Source of the DNA: Fimbriimonadales bacterium | GTDB lineage: Bacteria; Armatimonadota; Fimbriimonadia; Fimbriimonadales; GBS-DC | Assembly (NCBI GenBank): GCA_025060055.1 | Contig: JANXCK010000239.1 | Span: 1 to 25,249, forward strand | Reading direction: 5' to 3' | DNA: 25,249 bases | Part shown: piece after piece, positions 16,817-24,272 of the stretch | How positions within the stretch are numbered: the stretch's first letter is position 1 | Layout of the letters: the number at the start of each line of letters is the position of its first letter | The notes under the pieces: model-generated | Databases searched by the model: none | What the model saw: the letters and a program-made list of their open reading frames with translations, nothing else | What the model was told of the DNA's origin: nothing | Made by a program: the position numbers and the translations under genes

Positions 16817-18040
16817 CTATTTAGCGGGCTTACCACGCCCGCAGCCTATCAGGGTGTCGTAAAACTCGATGAGTTTCTCGCGGCTGTGTTCCCAGCTCAG
16901 GCACTCTAAGAATCGTTTACGCCCCGACTCGCCCATACGGGCGCGCTGTTCGGGGTTGTTTAGTAGGTCAATAATCGCTTGAGCGAAGGCTTTCTCATCG
17001 TTGTTGGGAACGTAGATTGCTGCGTCCTGCGCCGAAAAACGCGACTCCTTGAGGTCGAACGACACAATCGGCAAGCCGACCGCCATATACTCGATGACCT
17101 TATTCATTGTAGACACATCGTTGAGGGGGTTGAGCGGGTCGGGTGCGAGTGCAATATCGGCGGTGCTAAAGTAGCGCAGCAGCTCCGAATCAGGGATGCG
17201 TCCTGTGAACTCCACGAACTCAGTGAGCTTCAGCGCGTGCGCCAGTTTCACAAGGTCTGGATACATGTCGCCGCCGCCGATCAGCGCGAAATGGCATTCG
17301 TGATAGCCAAAGGTGTGGACGACATGGCTAATCGCTCGCAGTAAGTAGTCCACGCCGTCTTGTGCGCCCATCACGCCCAAGTAGACGCCTAAGTATCGGC
17401 GTCCGCGTTTGAGGCTGGGGTCTGGCTCCACGCGCTGGAATCGGCTGGCTAACGGACCGCTGCGCACCACGGTGATGCGGTCAGGGGGCACGCCGCCGCG
17501 TTCCATCGCCACGCGCCGATACGACTCGTTCGTGACGATAACGGCATCGGCGGTGCGATAGGTCTGCTTCTCCAGCCACAGCAGCCCCTTGTAGAAAAAG
17601 CCCCGCCGATTGAATCGCGACTCGTACAGTTCAGGACACAGGTCGTGCTGGTCAAACACGAACTTGACACCTTTGCGCTTGTAGTAGCGTCCGATAAGCC
17701 AGAAGGTGTCGGGCGGGTTGCAGGTTTGAATCACATCGAAGCCGCGCTCTTTCCACACGCGGCGGGTCAGCCGCCATGTGTGGAGCCAGCAGTAGCTGAA
17801 CTCATACAGGAAGCTCAGGATGCTTTTGGTAGGCGGTGGGAGCGGGTAGCGGTACAGATGCACGCCTTCCAGCACCATGTATTCAGGTTCATCCGGCGGG
17901 CGCGGCGAGATGACCGACACCTCATAGCCCGCTTCCGTGAGCGCAAGCGACTCTTGCCACACGCGCCGATCCATCGGCACAGGCAGATTCTCGACGAGTA
18001 TAAGCACTCTCCCTTTTGGCTTACCAGTACAGTCCGACAT
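16817..18040 (-). CDS. Glycosyltransferase family 4, paralogue of 14365-15621
   Basis: ILVENLPVPMDRRVWQE, FDQHDLCPELY, YLGVMGAQDG and STMNKVIEYMAVGLPIV. Start MSDCTG at 18040 inferred. Confidence 0.92.
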   Translation of the reverse strand: MSDCTGKPKGRVLILVENLPVPMDRRVWQESLALTEAGYEVSVISPRPPDEPEYMVLEGVHLYRYPLPPPTKSILSFLYEFSYCWLHTWRLTRRVWKERGFDVIQTCNPPDTFWLIGRYYKRKGVKFVFDQHDLCPELYESRFNRRGFFYKGLLWLEKQTYRTADAVIVTNESYRRVAMERGGVPPDRITVVRSGPLASRFQRVEPDPSLKRGRRYLGVYLGVMGAQDGVDYLLRAISHVVHTFGYHECHFALIGGGDMYPDLVKLAHALKLTEFVEFTGRIPDSELLRYFSTADIALAPDPLNPLNDVSTMNKVIEYMAVGLPIVSFDLKESRFSAQDAAIYVPNNDEKAFAQAIIDLLNNPEQRARMGESGRKRFLECLSWEHSREKLIEFYDTLIGCGRGKPAK

Positions 18041-19343
18041 AGCGCCCCCGTAGTTCGTCCGGCGTGAGTGCGCGGGCAAGGTCAACAACGACCTGATTCT
18101 CGGAATGCTCGGCGAGAATTGCCTCACGCGCTGCGGTGCTGAGATGCCCAATCACCAGCACTTCGGCGTGCCGTACCACCGCGTGTGCGTCCTCGTGCAA
18201 AATCTCGCGGATATGCGGGATTTCGCGCTCGATGAACGCTTTGTTCGACCCGTGCAGCGCGGCGTAAGACACATTTGGGTCATGGATAAGCAGGCGGTAG
18301 CCCTTGCCGAGCAGTTGCTCAGCGAGTTCCACCAGCGGGCTTTCGCGCAGATCGTCGGTGCCAGGCTTGAATGACAGCCCAAATAGCCCAACCTTGCGCT
18401 TGCGCAGGCGCACAATCGCGCGCACTACCTCTTCGATTTGGTGGCGGTTGCTGGGCAGGATGGCTTCCAGCATCGGCAGTTGGAGGTCATTAGCGCGGGC
18501 GCGATAGGTCAGCGCACGCAAGTCCTTCGGCAGACACGAGCCACCAAAGGCGAAGCCCGGCACCAGATACTTGCACGAGATGTTCAGCTTCGTGTCGGCA
18601 CAGAACACGCGCATGACCTCGTGGCTGTCAATACCTTCCGCTTTGCAGAGCATGCCCAGCTCGTTCGCGAAGGTGATTTTGAGCGCGTGGAAGGCGTTGC
18701 AAGCGTACTTGATCATCTCGGCGGTGCGGATGGACACCAAAAACAGTTGTGCTTTCACATTCTCGTAGAGCGTGGCGACCTGCTCCGCGTCCGATTCGCA
18801 CAGTGCGCCCACAACGGTAAACGGCGGATCGTAGAAATCGGCAATAGCAGTGCCCTCGCGCAGAAACTCAGGGTTCACCGCAAGCCCGAAATGCTCATTC
18901 ACGCGCTTGCCCGATGTCTCCTCCAAGATGGGTAGCACCACCTCTTCCGTCGTGCCAGGCAGCACCGTGCTGCGAATGACCACGATGTGATAGGTAGGCT
19001 TGGTGATAAGTGCCTCTCCAATCTGTTTTGCGACGCGCTCCAGGTGGTCGGTGCGCAGGTCGCCATTCTCCTTGCTGGGCGTACCGACACACAGTAAAGA
19101 TAAGTCCGTTGCATGGATTGCCTCTACTGCGTCATCCGTGACAGTGAGTCGTCCCGCCTCAATCGCCTGCTTGAGGTAAGGTTCGAGGTCTTTTTCCACA
19201 ATCGGGGCTTTGCCCTGACGAAGCAAAGCCAGCTTGTAGGGATCGATATCGACGCCGACGACAGTGTGCCCCTCGCGCGCCAGACACGCCGCAGAGACCG
19301 CTCCGACATAGCCCAGTCCGAAGACACTTACGCGCATAGCCAC
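18021..19343 (-). CDS. UDP-glucose/GDP-mannose dehydrogenase family, closest in motif pattern to GDP-mannose 6-dehydrogenase (AlgD-like)
   Basis: MRVSVFGLGYVGAVSAACLA, LCVGTPS, NPEFLREG, MIKYACNAFHALKITFANE, FGGSCLPKDLRALTYRA and GLSFKPGTDDLRESP. Start at GTG 19343 or ATG 19337. Confidence 0.92.
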   Translation of the reverse strand: MAMRVSVFGLGYVGAVSAACLAREGHTVVGVDIDPYKLALLRQGKAPIVEKDLEPYLKQAIEAGRLTVTDDAVEAIHATDLSLLCVGTPSKENGDLRTDHLERVAKQIGEALITKPTYHIVVIRSTVLPGTTEEVVLPILEETSGKRVNEHFGLAVNPEFLREGTAIADFYDPPFTVVGALCESDAEQVATLYENVKAQLFLVSIRTAEMIKYACNAFHALKITFANELGMLCKAEGIDSHEVMRVFCADTKLNISCKYLVPGFAFGGSCLPKDLRALTYRARANDLQLPMLEAILPSNRHQIEEVVRAIVRLRKRKVGLFGLSFKPGTDDLRESPLVELAEQLLGKGYRLLIHDPNVSYAALHGSNKAFIEREIPHIREILHEDAHAVVRHAEVLVIGHLSTAAREAILAEHSENQVVVDLARALTPDELRGRYVGLYW

Positions 19344-19375
19344 CGCCGTAGGCGTTATTCCATATCGCCCGGTAT

Positions 19376-19381
19376 ATTATA
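19376..19381 (-). promoter_or_regulatory. -10 box (TATAAT) upstream of the dehydrogenase/GT operon
   Basis: Minus strand reads GGGCTATAAT about 33 nt upstream of the start. No good -35 seen. Confidence 0.5.
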
Positions 19382-19420
19382 GCCCAAATTGCCACCTATT
19401 TTTCAGGTTGACCGACCTTA

Positions 19421-19560
19421 GAGACTGCTTAAGAAATGGCGCATGCCCCCAACGGCTAAAGCCGTTGCCGTGCAAACCAAGCCGACCTGCGTCGGCTTTT
19501 AGCCCGCGCAGGCGGGCTTCGTCTGCATAGGAACGGCTTCAGCCGTCTATTTCTTAGACA
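19421..19560. repeat. Shell-E element carrying a full family A palindrome (19451-19546)
   Basis: Left end GAGACTGCTTAAGAAATG preceded by TTA; partial inverted right end ATTTCTTAGACA. Confidence 0.7.
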
Positions 19561-19561
19561 A

Positions 19562-19848
19562 GAGACTGTTCAAGAATGCGAGCGGGCTTTCGTAGCGTCG
19601 GCGTCTCGCCGACGCCCCTGCGTGGCACGGGCTTCCAGCCCGTGCAGCCGTAGCACGGACAGTCGTGTCCGTGTCTCGTCGGCGCGGACGCCGACGCCAC
19701 GGCTTGGACACGACTGTCCAAGCCACGCTCGGCTTGGGCGAGACGCCCAAGCCGCGAGTCGCTTGCGTCGGCAGGATGCCGTCGTACCCACAGCGACGGC
19801 AACGCGTCGGCACTACGAAAACTTGCCTGTATCCTTTCAAACGGTCTC
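19562..19848. repeat. Shell-E-like element carrying seven family B REP hairpins (19592-19787)
   Basis: Left end GAGACTGTTCAAGAATG; right end CCTTTCAAACGGTCTC (reverse complement GAGACCGTTTGAAAGG). Internal GTAG/GTGG hairpins. Confidence 0.68.
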
Positions 19849-19900
19849 CGTGCCTTTCACTGCAGGAAACTCGCCCACAGTGCCGAAACCTGAAGGCGCG

Positions 19901-21232
19901 ATGCAGTTTCCGAAGGACTTTCTCTGGGGCGCAGCGACGGCAGCGTATCAGATCGAAGGCTCGCCGCTGGCAGATGGCGCAGGTGCGTCCATCTGGCATC
20001 GGTTCAGCCACACGCCCGGCACAATCCTCAACGGCGACAACGGCGATATCGCATGCGACCACTACCGCCGCTGGCAAGAAGATATCGAGTGGATGAAGCG
20101 GTTAGGGCTGAACGCCTATCGTTTCTCAGTGGCGTGGGGACGCGTGCTGCCCACCGGGCGCGGCACGGTGAATTCGAAAGGGCTGGACTTCTACAAACGG
20201 CTCGTGGACGGCTTGCTCCACGCGGGAATTACCCCGATGATTACGCTCTACCACTGGGACTTGCCTGCCGAGCTGCAGGATTGCGGCGGCTGGGCGAACC
20301 GCGACTGCGCCAAGTGGTTTGCCGACTACGCCTGCCTGATGTTCCGCGAACTGGGCGACCGTGTGCCCCTTTGGGCAACGCTCAATGAGCCGTGGGTCGT
20401 GATGGCGCTGGGCTACATTTGGGGTCAGCATGCGCCTGGCATGCGCGACATCGGCGCTGCTGCAAAAGCGGGACACCACATGCTGCTCGGACACGGTAAA
20501 GCGGTGCAGGCATTCCGCGCCCAGAGCCTGCCCGATGCGCAAATCGGCATCGTGACCAATCTCGGACCGCAACAGCCTGCCAGCGACAGCCCGCAAGACC
20601 AGATGGTCGCTGCCCTGTGGCATAACTTCATCAACCGCTATTTCTTAGACCCCATCTTTCGCGGGGAGTACCCCGATACAGTGATGAACTTTATCGGCGA
20701 GTTCGCGCCCAAAGCCGCACCCGATGACATGCAAGTCATCCAGAGTCGTATCGACTTTTTGGGCGTGAACTACTACACGCGCAACGTGGTTGCCTACGAT
20801 GCTAGCGACCCAATCGGCTCGCGCACTGTGTATCAGGAGGGCAAACTCCACACCGAGATGGGCTGGGAAGTGTATCCTGAAGGCTTGTATGAAATCCTGA
20901 GGTGGGTTCACGACGATTACGGCAACATCCCGCTGTACATCACCGAGAACGGCGCAGCGTTCGCCGATGCGCCCAACCCGCAAGGCGAGGTAGACGACCC
21001 CCTGCGCGTGGAGTACCTCAAGGCGCATCTGGAGCAGGCGTATCGCGCGATTCAGGACGGCATACCGCTCAAAGGCTACTTCTATTGGTCATTGATGGAC
21101 AACTTCGAGTGGGCGTTCGGCTTCAGCAAGCGATTCGGACTGCTGTATGTCGATTATGAGACGCAGCGACGCCTGATGAAGTCCAGTGGACGCTGGTATG
21201 CGGAGTTCATCGCTGCGCAACGACAAGCGTAG
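19901..21232 (+). CDS. Glycoside hydrolase family 1 beta-glucosidase
   Basis: FPKDFLWGAATAAYQIEG, ACDHYRRW, YRFSVAWGR, TLNEP (acid/base), ITENG (nucleophile) and WSLMDNFEW. The ORF-track extension from 19622 is repeat-derived. Confidence 0.96.
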   Translation: MQFPKDFLWGAATAAYQIEGSPLADGAGASIWHRFSHTPGTILNGDNGDIACDHYRRWQEDIEWMKRLGLNAYRFSVAWGRVLPTGRGTVNSKGLDFYKRLVDGLLHAGITPMITLYHWDLPAELQDCGGWANRDCAKWFADYACLMFRELGDRVPLWATLNEPWVVMALGYIWGQHAPGMRDIGAAAKAGHHMLLGHGKAVQAFRAQSLPDAQIGIVTNLGPQQPASDSPQDQMVAALWHNFINRYFLDPIFRGEYPDTVMNFIGEFAPKAAPDDMQVIQSRIDFLGVNYYTRNVVAYDASDPIGSRTVYQEGKLHTEMGWEVYPEGLYEILRWVHDDYGNIPLYITENGAAFADAPNPQGEVDDPLRVEYLKAHLEQAYRAIQDGIPLKGYFYWSLMDNFEWAFGFSKRFGLLYVDYETQRRLMKSSGRWYAEFIAAQRQA

Positions 21233-21258
21233 GTTCGCCAATTTTGAGGCAATCGAGT

Positions 21259-21264
21259 TATAAT
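21259..21264 (+). promoter_or_regulatory. -10 box (TATAAT) and GAGGAGG SD upstream of the second prepilin-like gene
   Basis: GAGTTATAATTGCACAAGAGGAGGTCTCCG-ATG. Confidence 0.6.
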
Positions 21265-21284
21265 TGCACAAGAGGAGGTCTCCG

Positions 21285-22088
21285 ATGAATCGACGAGGCT
21301 TCACGCTGATAGAACTGCTCGTGGTGATTGCGATCATCGCGATTTTGGCGGCGATTCTGTTCCCTGTGTTTGCGCAAGCGCGTGAAAAGGCGCGTCAGAC
21401 GACCTGCCTTTCGAACCTACGCCAGCTGGGTACTGCCTTCGAAATGTACCGCACGGATTGGGAAGGGCGCAACCCTGGACCTGCCGACGGCGGACGCTGC
21501 CCTGGCTCGTGGAATCCCCCCGATTGGCCCAGTTGGATGACAGGGTTCCGAGCCTACTTGGAGGGGCAGTGGGTACCATGTTTTCCGATACTTACTCGAG
21601 TTAGCGATCCCGACTCACCGGTCAGCTCCTTCTGGCTGCTGTACGGGCATGTGACTCGCGGCGCAATTTACCTGTATGTGAAAAATCCCGATGTGTACAT
21701 CTGCCCCTCCGATCGACGCGGACGCGAGAAGCGCCTCAGCTACTCGATGAATGCAGTGGCGGGGTTCATCCCGGAGCAGGTAGTGGAGCGTCCTGCTGAG
21801 TTCGTGTACCTGATTGATGAGGGCGAAACCCTCAACGACGGCTACTTCTGGGCAATTGCAGCGGGATCCGCTGGTCCTCGGATGGTCGACTGCCCCTCGA
21901 TTATGCATGCGAACGGCGCGAACTTTCTATTTTTTGATGGGCATTCGAAGTGGGTGCGGGCGACCCATCCGCGCGAGCGGGCACGCATAGACCAGTGCCT
22001 CGATACAGTGCCCAAACATTACTTCTGCCCCAAGATACCTTTCCCTGAGTCGGCGCAGTATCGGGGCGGGTGCGAGCGCGCTCCGTAG
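21285..22088 (+). CDS. Prepilin-type N-terminal cleavage/methylation protein with DUF1559-like region and H-X9-DG motif
   Basis: [58 protein letters not shown] and [13 protein letters not shown]. Confidence 0.92.
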   Translation: MNRRGFTLIELLVVIAIIAILAAILFPVFAQAREKARQTTCLSNLRQLGTAFEMYRTDWEGRNPGPADGGRCPGSWNPPDWPSWMTGFRAYLEGQWVPCFPILTRVSDPDSPVSSFWLLYGHVTRGAIYLYVKNPDVYICPSDRRGREKRLSYSMNAVAGFIPEQVVERPAEFVYLIDEGETLNDGYFWAIAAGSAGPRMVDCPSIMHANGANFLFFDGHSKWVRATHPRERARIDQCLDTVPKHYFCPKIPFPESAQYRGGCERAP

Positions 22089-22091
22089 GGG

Positions 22092-22097
22092 TATACT
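22092..22097 (+). promoter_or_regulatory. -10 box (TATACT), 7 nt before the biotin carboxylase ATG
   Basis: GGGGTATACTCGCCCCG-ATG, with no SD. Confidence 0.65.
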
Positions 22098-22104
22098 CGC
22101 CCCG

Positions 22105-23613
22105 ATGTTCCGCACAGTGTTGGTCGCGAATCGGGGCGAGATTGCGCGGCGCGTAATTCAGGCGTGCCGCGAGCTGGGCATCCGCGCGATTGCGGTCTAT
22201 TCAGAAGCGGACGCTGACGCGCCGTTCGTGCAGGAGGCGGACGAGGCGTACCTGCTGGGCGGTGCGCCCGCCGTTGAGAGTTACCTCAACATCCCGCGCA
22301 TCTTGGAAGTGGCGCGTCAATCGGGCGCGGAGGCAATTCATCCAGGCTACGGGTTCCTGTCCGAGAATGCCGACTTCGCTGAGGCGTGTGCCCAGGCGGG
22401 CGTGGTGTTCATCGGGCCGCGCCCTGAGGTGATTCGGTTGCTCGGTGATAAGGGCGCCGCGAAGCGGGCGGCTCTGCGTGCGGGCGTTCCAATTGCCCCT
22501 GGCTACAACCCTGAACACGCCGCCACGCCCGAAGAGCTGCTGAACGCCGCGCACCAGATAGGCTTCCCCGTGTTGCTCAAAGCGGTGGCAGGGGGCGGTG
22601 GGAAGGGCATGCGTGTCGTGGAGACGCCTGATACCTTCTTGGAACTGGTGGAGAGCGCTGCGCGCGAGGCTCAGAACGCCTTCGGCGACCCCCGCTTGAT
22701 GCTGGAACGCTACCTCCGCCGCCCGCGCCACATCGAAGTGCAAATCCTCGCAGACCAGCACGGCAGAGTAATGCACCTGTACGAGCGCGAATGCTCCATC
22801 CAGCGCCGCTACCAGAAAATCGTCGAAGAAAGCCCTTCGCCCGCTTTAGACGCGCCCACGCGCACTGCCCTTTGCGACGCCGCCATCCGCCTTGCCGAGA
22901 CCGTCGGCTACACCAACGCAGGCACAGTAGAGTTCCTCTACGAGGAGACGCCCGAAGGCTGCCAGTTTTACTTTATGGAAGTCAACACGCGCCTGCAAGT
23001 GGAACACCCCGTAACGGAGATGGTCACAGGCGTCGATTTGGTGCAGTGGCAGATTCGAATCGCGGCGGGCGAGCGATTGGAGTTGGCGACACCTGTGCAG
23101 CGCGGGCACGCGATTGAGGCGCGCCTATATGCGGAGGACCCTGAAAACGACTTCGCGCCGTCGCTGGGCACGCTCGTGGCATACCAGCTGCCCCATCTGC
23201 CCGGCGTGCGCTTCGATTCGGGCGTGGAAGCAGGTTCGGTCATCACCCATCACTACGATCCAATGATAGCGAAGGTCATCGCGCACGCGCATGACCGCGC
23301 CAGCGCCATCCGCCGACTTATAAATGCTCTGGAGCAGACCGTCGCTCTCGGCGTGCGCACGAATCAGGCATTTCTGATCGAGCTGCTGCGCCATCCCGCT
23401 TTTCTGGCGGGTGCGCTGCACACGGGCTTTCTTCAAGAACACCGCGTCGCCGCCGAGCCGAGCCAGCCGCCAGAGGGCGTGCTGCTCGCATTAGCACTGC
23501 TGGAACCGCTTACGCGCTCTCAGACGCGCCCTGCTGCTGCGGGCGGCGCGCCAGACGCCGTTCTGTGGTCGCCGTGGGAGCGCTTCGGCAGGTGGCGAGT
23601 GGGCAGCGGATAA
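22105..23613 (+). CDS. Biotin carboxylase subunit of an acyl-CoA carboxylase; no biotinyl domain
   Basis: VLVANRGEIARR, IHPGYGFLSENA, KAVAGGGGKGMR, ERECSIQRRYQK, FMEVNTRLQVEHPVTE and YDPMIAK. No EAMKM motif. Confidence 0.94.
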   Translation: MFRTVLVANRGEIARRVIQACRELGIRAIAVYSEADADAPFVQEADEAYLLGGAPAVESYLNIPRILEVARQSGAEAIHPGYGFLSENADFAEACAQAGVVFIGPRPEVIRLLGDKGAAKRAALRAGVPIAPGYNPEHAATPEELLNAAHQIGFPVLLKAVAGGGGKGMRVVETPDTFLELVESAAREAQNAFGDPRLMLERYLRRPRHIEVQILADQHGRVMHLYERECSIQRRYQKIVEESPSPALDAPTRTALCDAAIRLAETVGYTNAGTVEFLYEETPEGCQFYFMEVNTRLQVEHPVTEMVTGVDLVQWQIRIAAGERLELATPVQRGHAIEARLYAEDPENDFAPSLGTLVAYQLPHLPGVRFDSGVEAGSVITHHYDPMIAKVIAHAHDRASAIRRLINALEQTVALGVRTNQAFLIELLRHPAFLAGALHTGFLQEHRVAAEPSQPPEGVLLALALLEPLTRSQTRPAAAGGAPDAVLWSPWERFGRWRVGSG

Positions 23614-23635
23614 GTGCCTCTGATGCGAACTCGCC

Positions 23636-24082
23636 TCAATCGGGCAGGTTCGTTTCCAAAATCGCTTGACAGCAGTCAATCAGGCGTATTGTACCGATGA
23701 ACTTGCCCTCGCCCTGCACAGGGAGCGTGTCCAACTCGTGTTGCAGCATAGTTACAACAGCTTCCTCAACGGGCGCCTGCTCACTCAGTACAGGTGGGTC
23801 GTGCATCATCCATTCGGTGATAAGGCTGTCTTTGCGGGCATGGGCATACGAGCGAAACGGGGCAAGATGTGGGATTGGCACTTGACGCGCCGCGACCTGC
23901 CACTCGGCAAACAGCGCGTTGAACACCTGCCGTTCCGTAACCAGCCCGATGACGACACCATCCTCATTCAGCACGGGCAGCGCGGTGGCTTTATACAAGT
24001 CCAACTTGTCCACGGCGTCCTGCAAGGTGGCGGTTTCGCTCAGGTACGGCGCGTGGGTGTCTACGAACTCTAAGACGCGCAT
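23636..24082 (-). CDS. CBS-domain pair protein
   Basis: ATLQDAVDKL..LPVLNEDGVVIGLVTERQV and EAVVTMLQHELDTLPV..GKFIGTI. GGAG SD before MRVLEF; the ORF-track extension to 24271 is repeat-derived. Confidence 0.85.
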   Translation of the reverse strand: MRVLEFVDTHAPYLSETATLQDAVDKLDLYKATALPVLNEDGVVIGLVTERQVFNALFAEWQVAARQVPIPHLAPFRSYAHARKDSLITEWMMHDPPVLSEQAPVEEAVVTMLQHELDTLPVQGEGKFIGTIRLIDCCQAILETNLPD

Positions 24083-24130
24083 AGGTTTACTCCTGCACAA
24101 GTTTAGCGAATACTTGAGAATTCCTACTGC

Positions 24131-24261
24131 ATAGCGTCGGCGTCTCGCCGACGAGCGTGGCTTGGGCGTCTCGCGCATGCAGTTGCACGGGCGGGATTGC
24201 CCGTGCCACGAGCGTGGCTTGGACAGTGCTGCCCAAGCACGGCACGGACAAGACTGTCCGT
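24131..24261. repeat. Family B REP cluster, five hairpins
   Basis: ATAGCGTCGGCGTCTCGCCGACG, GTGGCTTGGGCGTCTCGCGCATGC (degenerate), GCACGGGCGGGATTGCCCGTGCCAC, GTGGCTTGGACAGTGCTGCCCAAGC and GGCACGGACAAGACTGTCCGT (truncated). Confidence 0.85.
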
Positions 24262-24272
24262 TTGGAAGCACT

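Noticed and set aside
19622-19900. 93-aa N-terminal extension of the GH1 ORF
   Set aside because: It lies within the shell-E REP cluster, and the GH1 consensus begins at MQFPKDF (19901). Unlike 13074-13207 it is not flanked by conserved coding sequence.
24083-24271. N-terminal extension of the CBS ORF, and small intergenic ORFs with HGQDCPC/TASAV peptides
   Set aside because: These are translations of REP and family A repeats, with no SD or protein-family motif.
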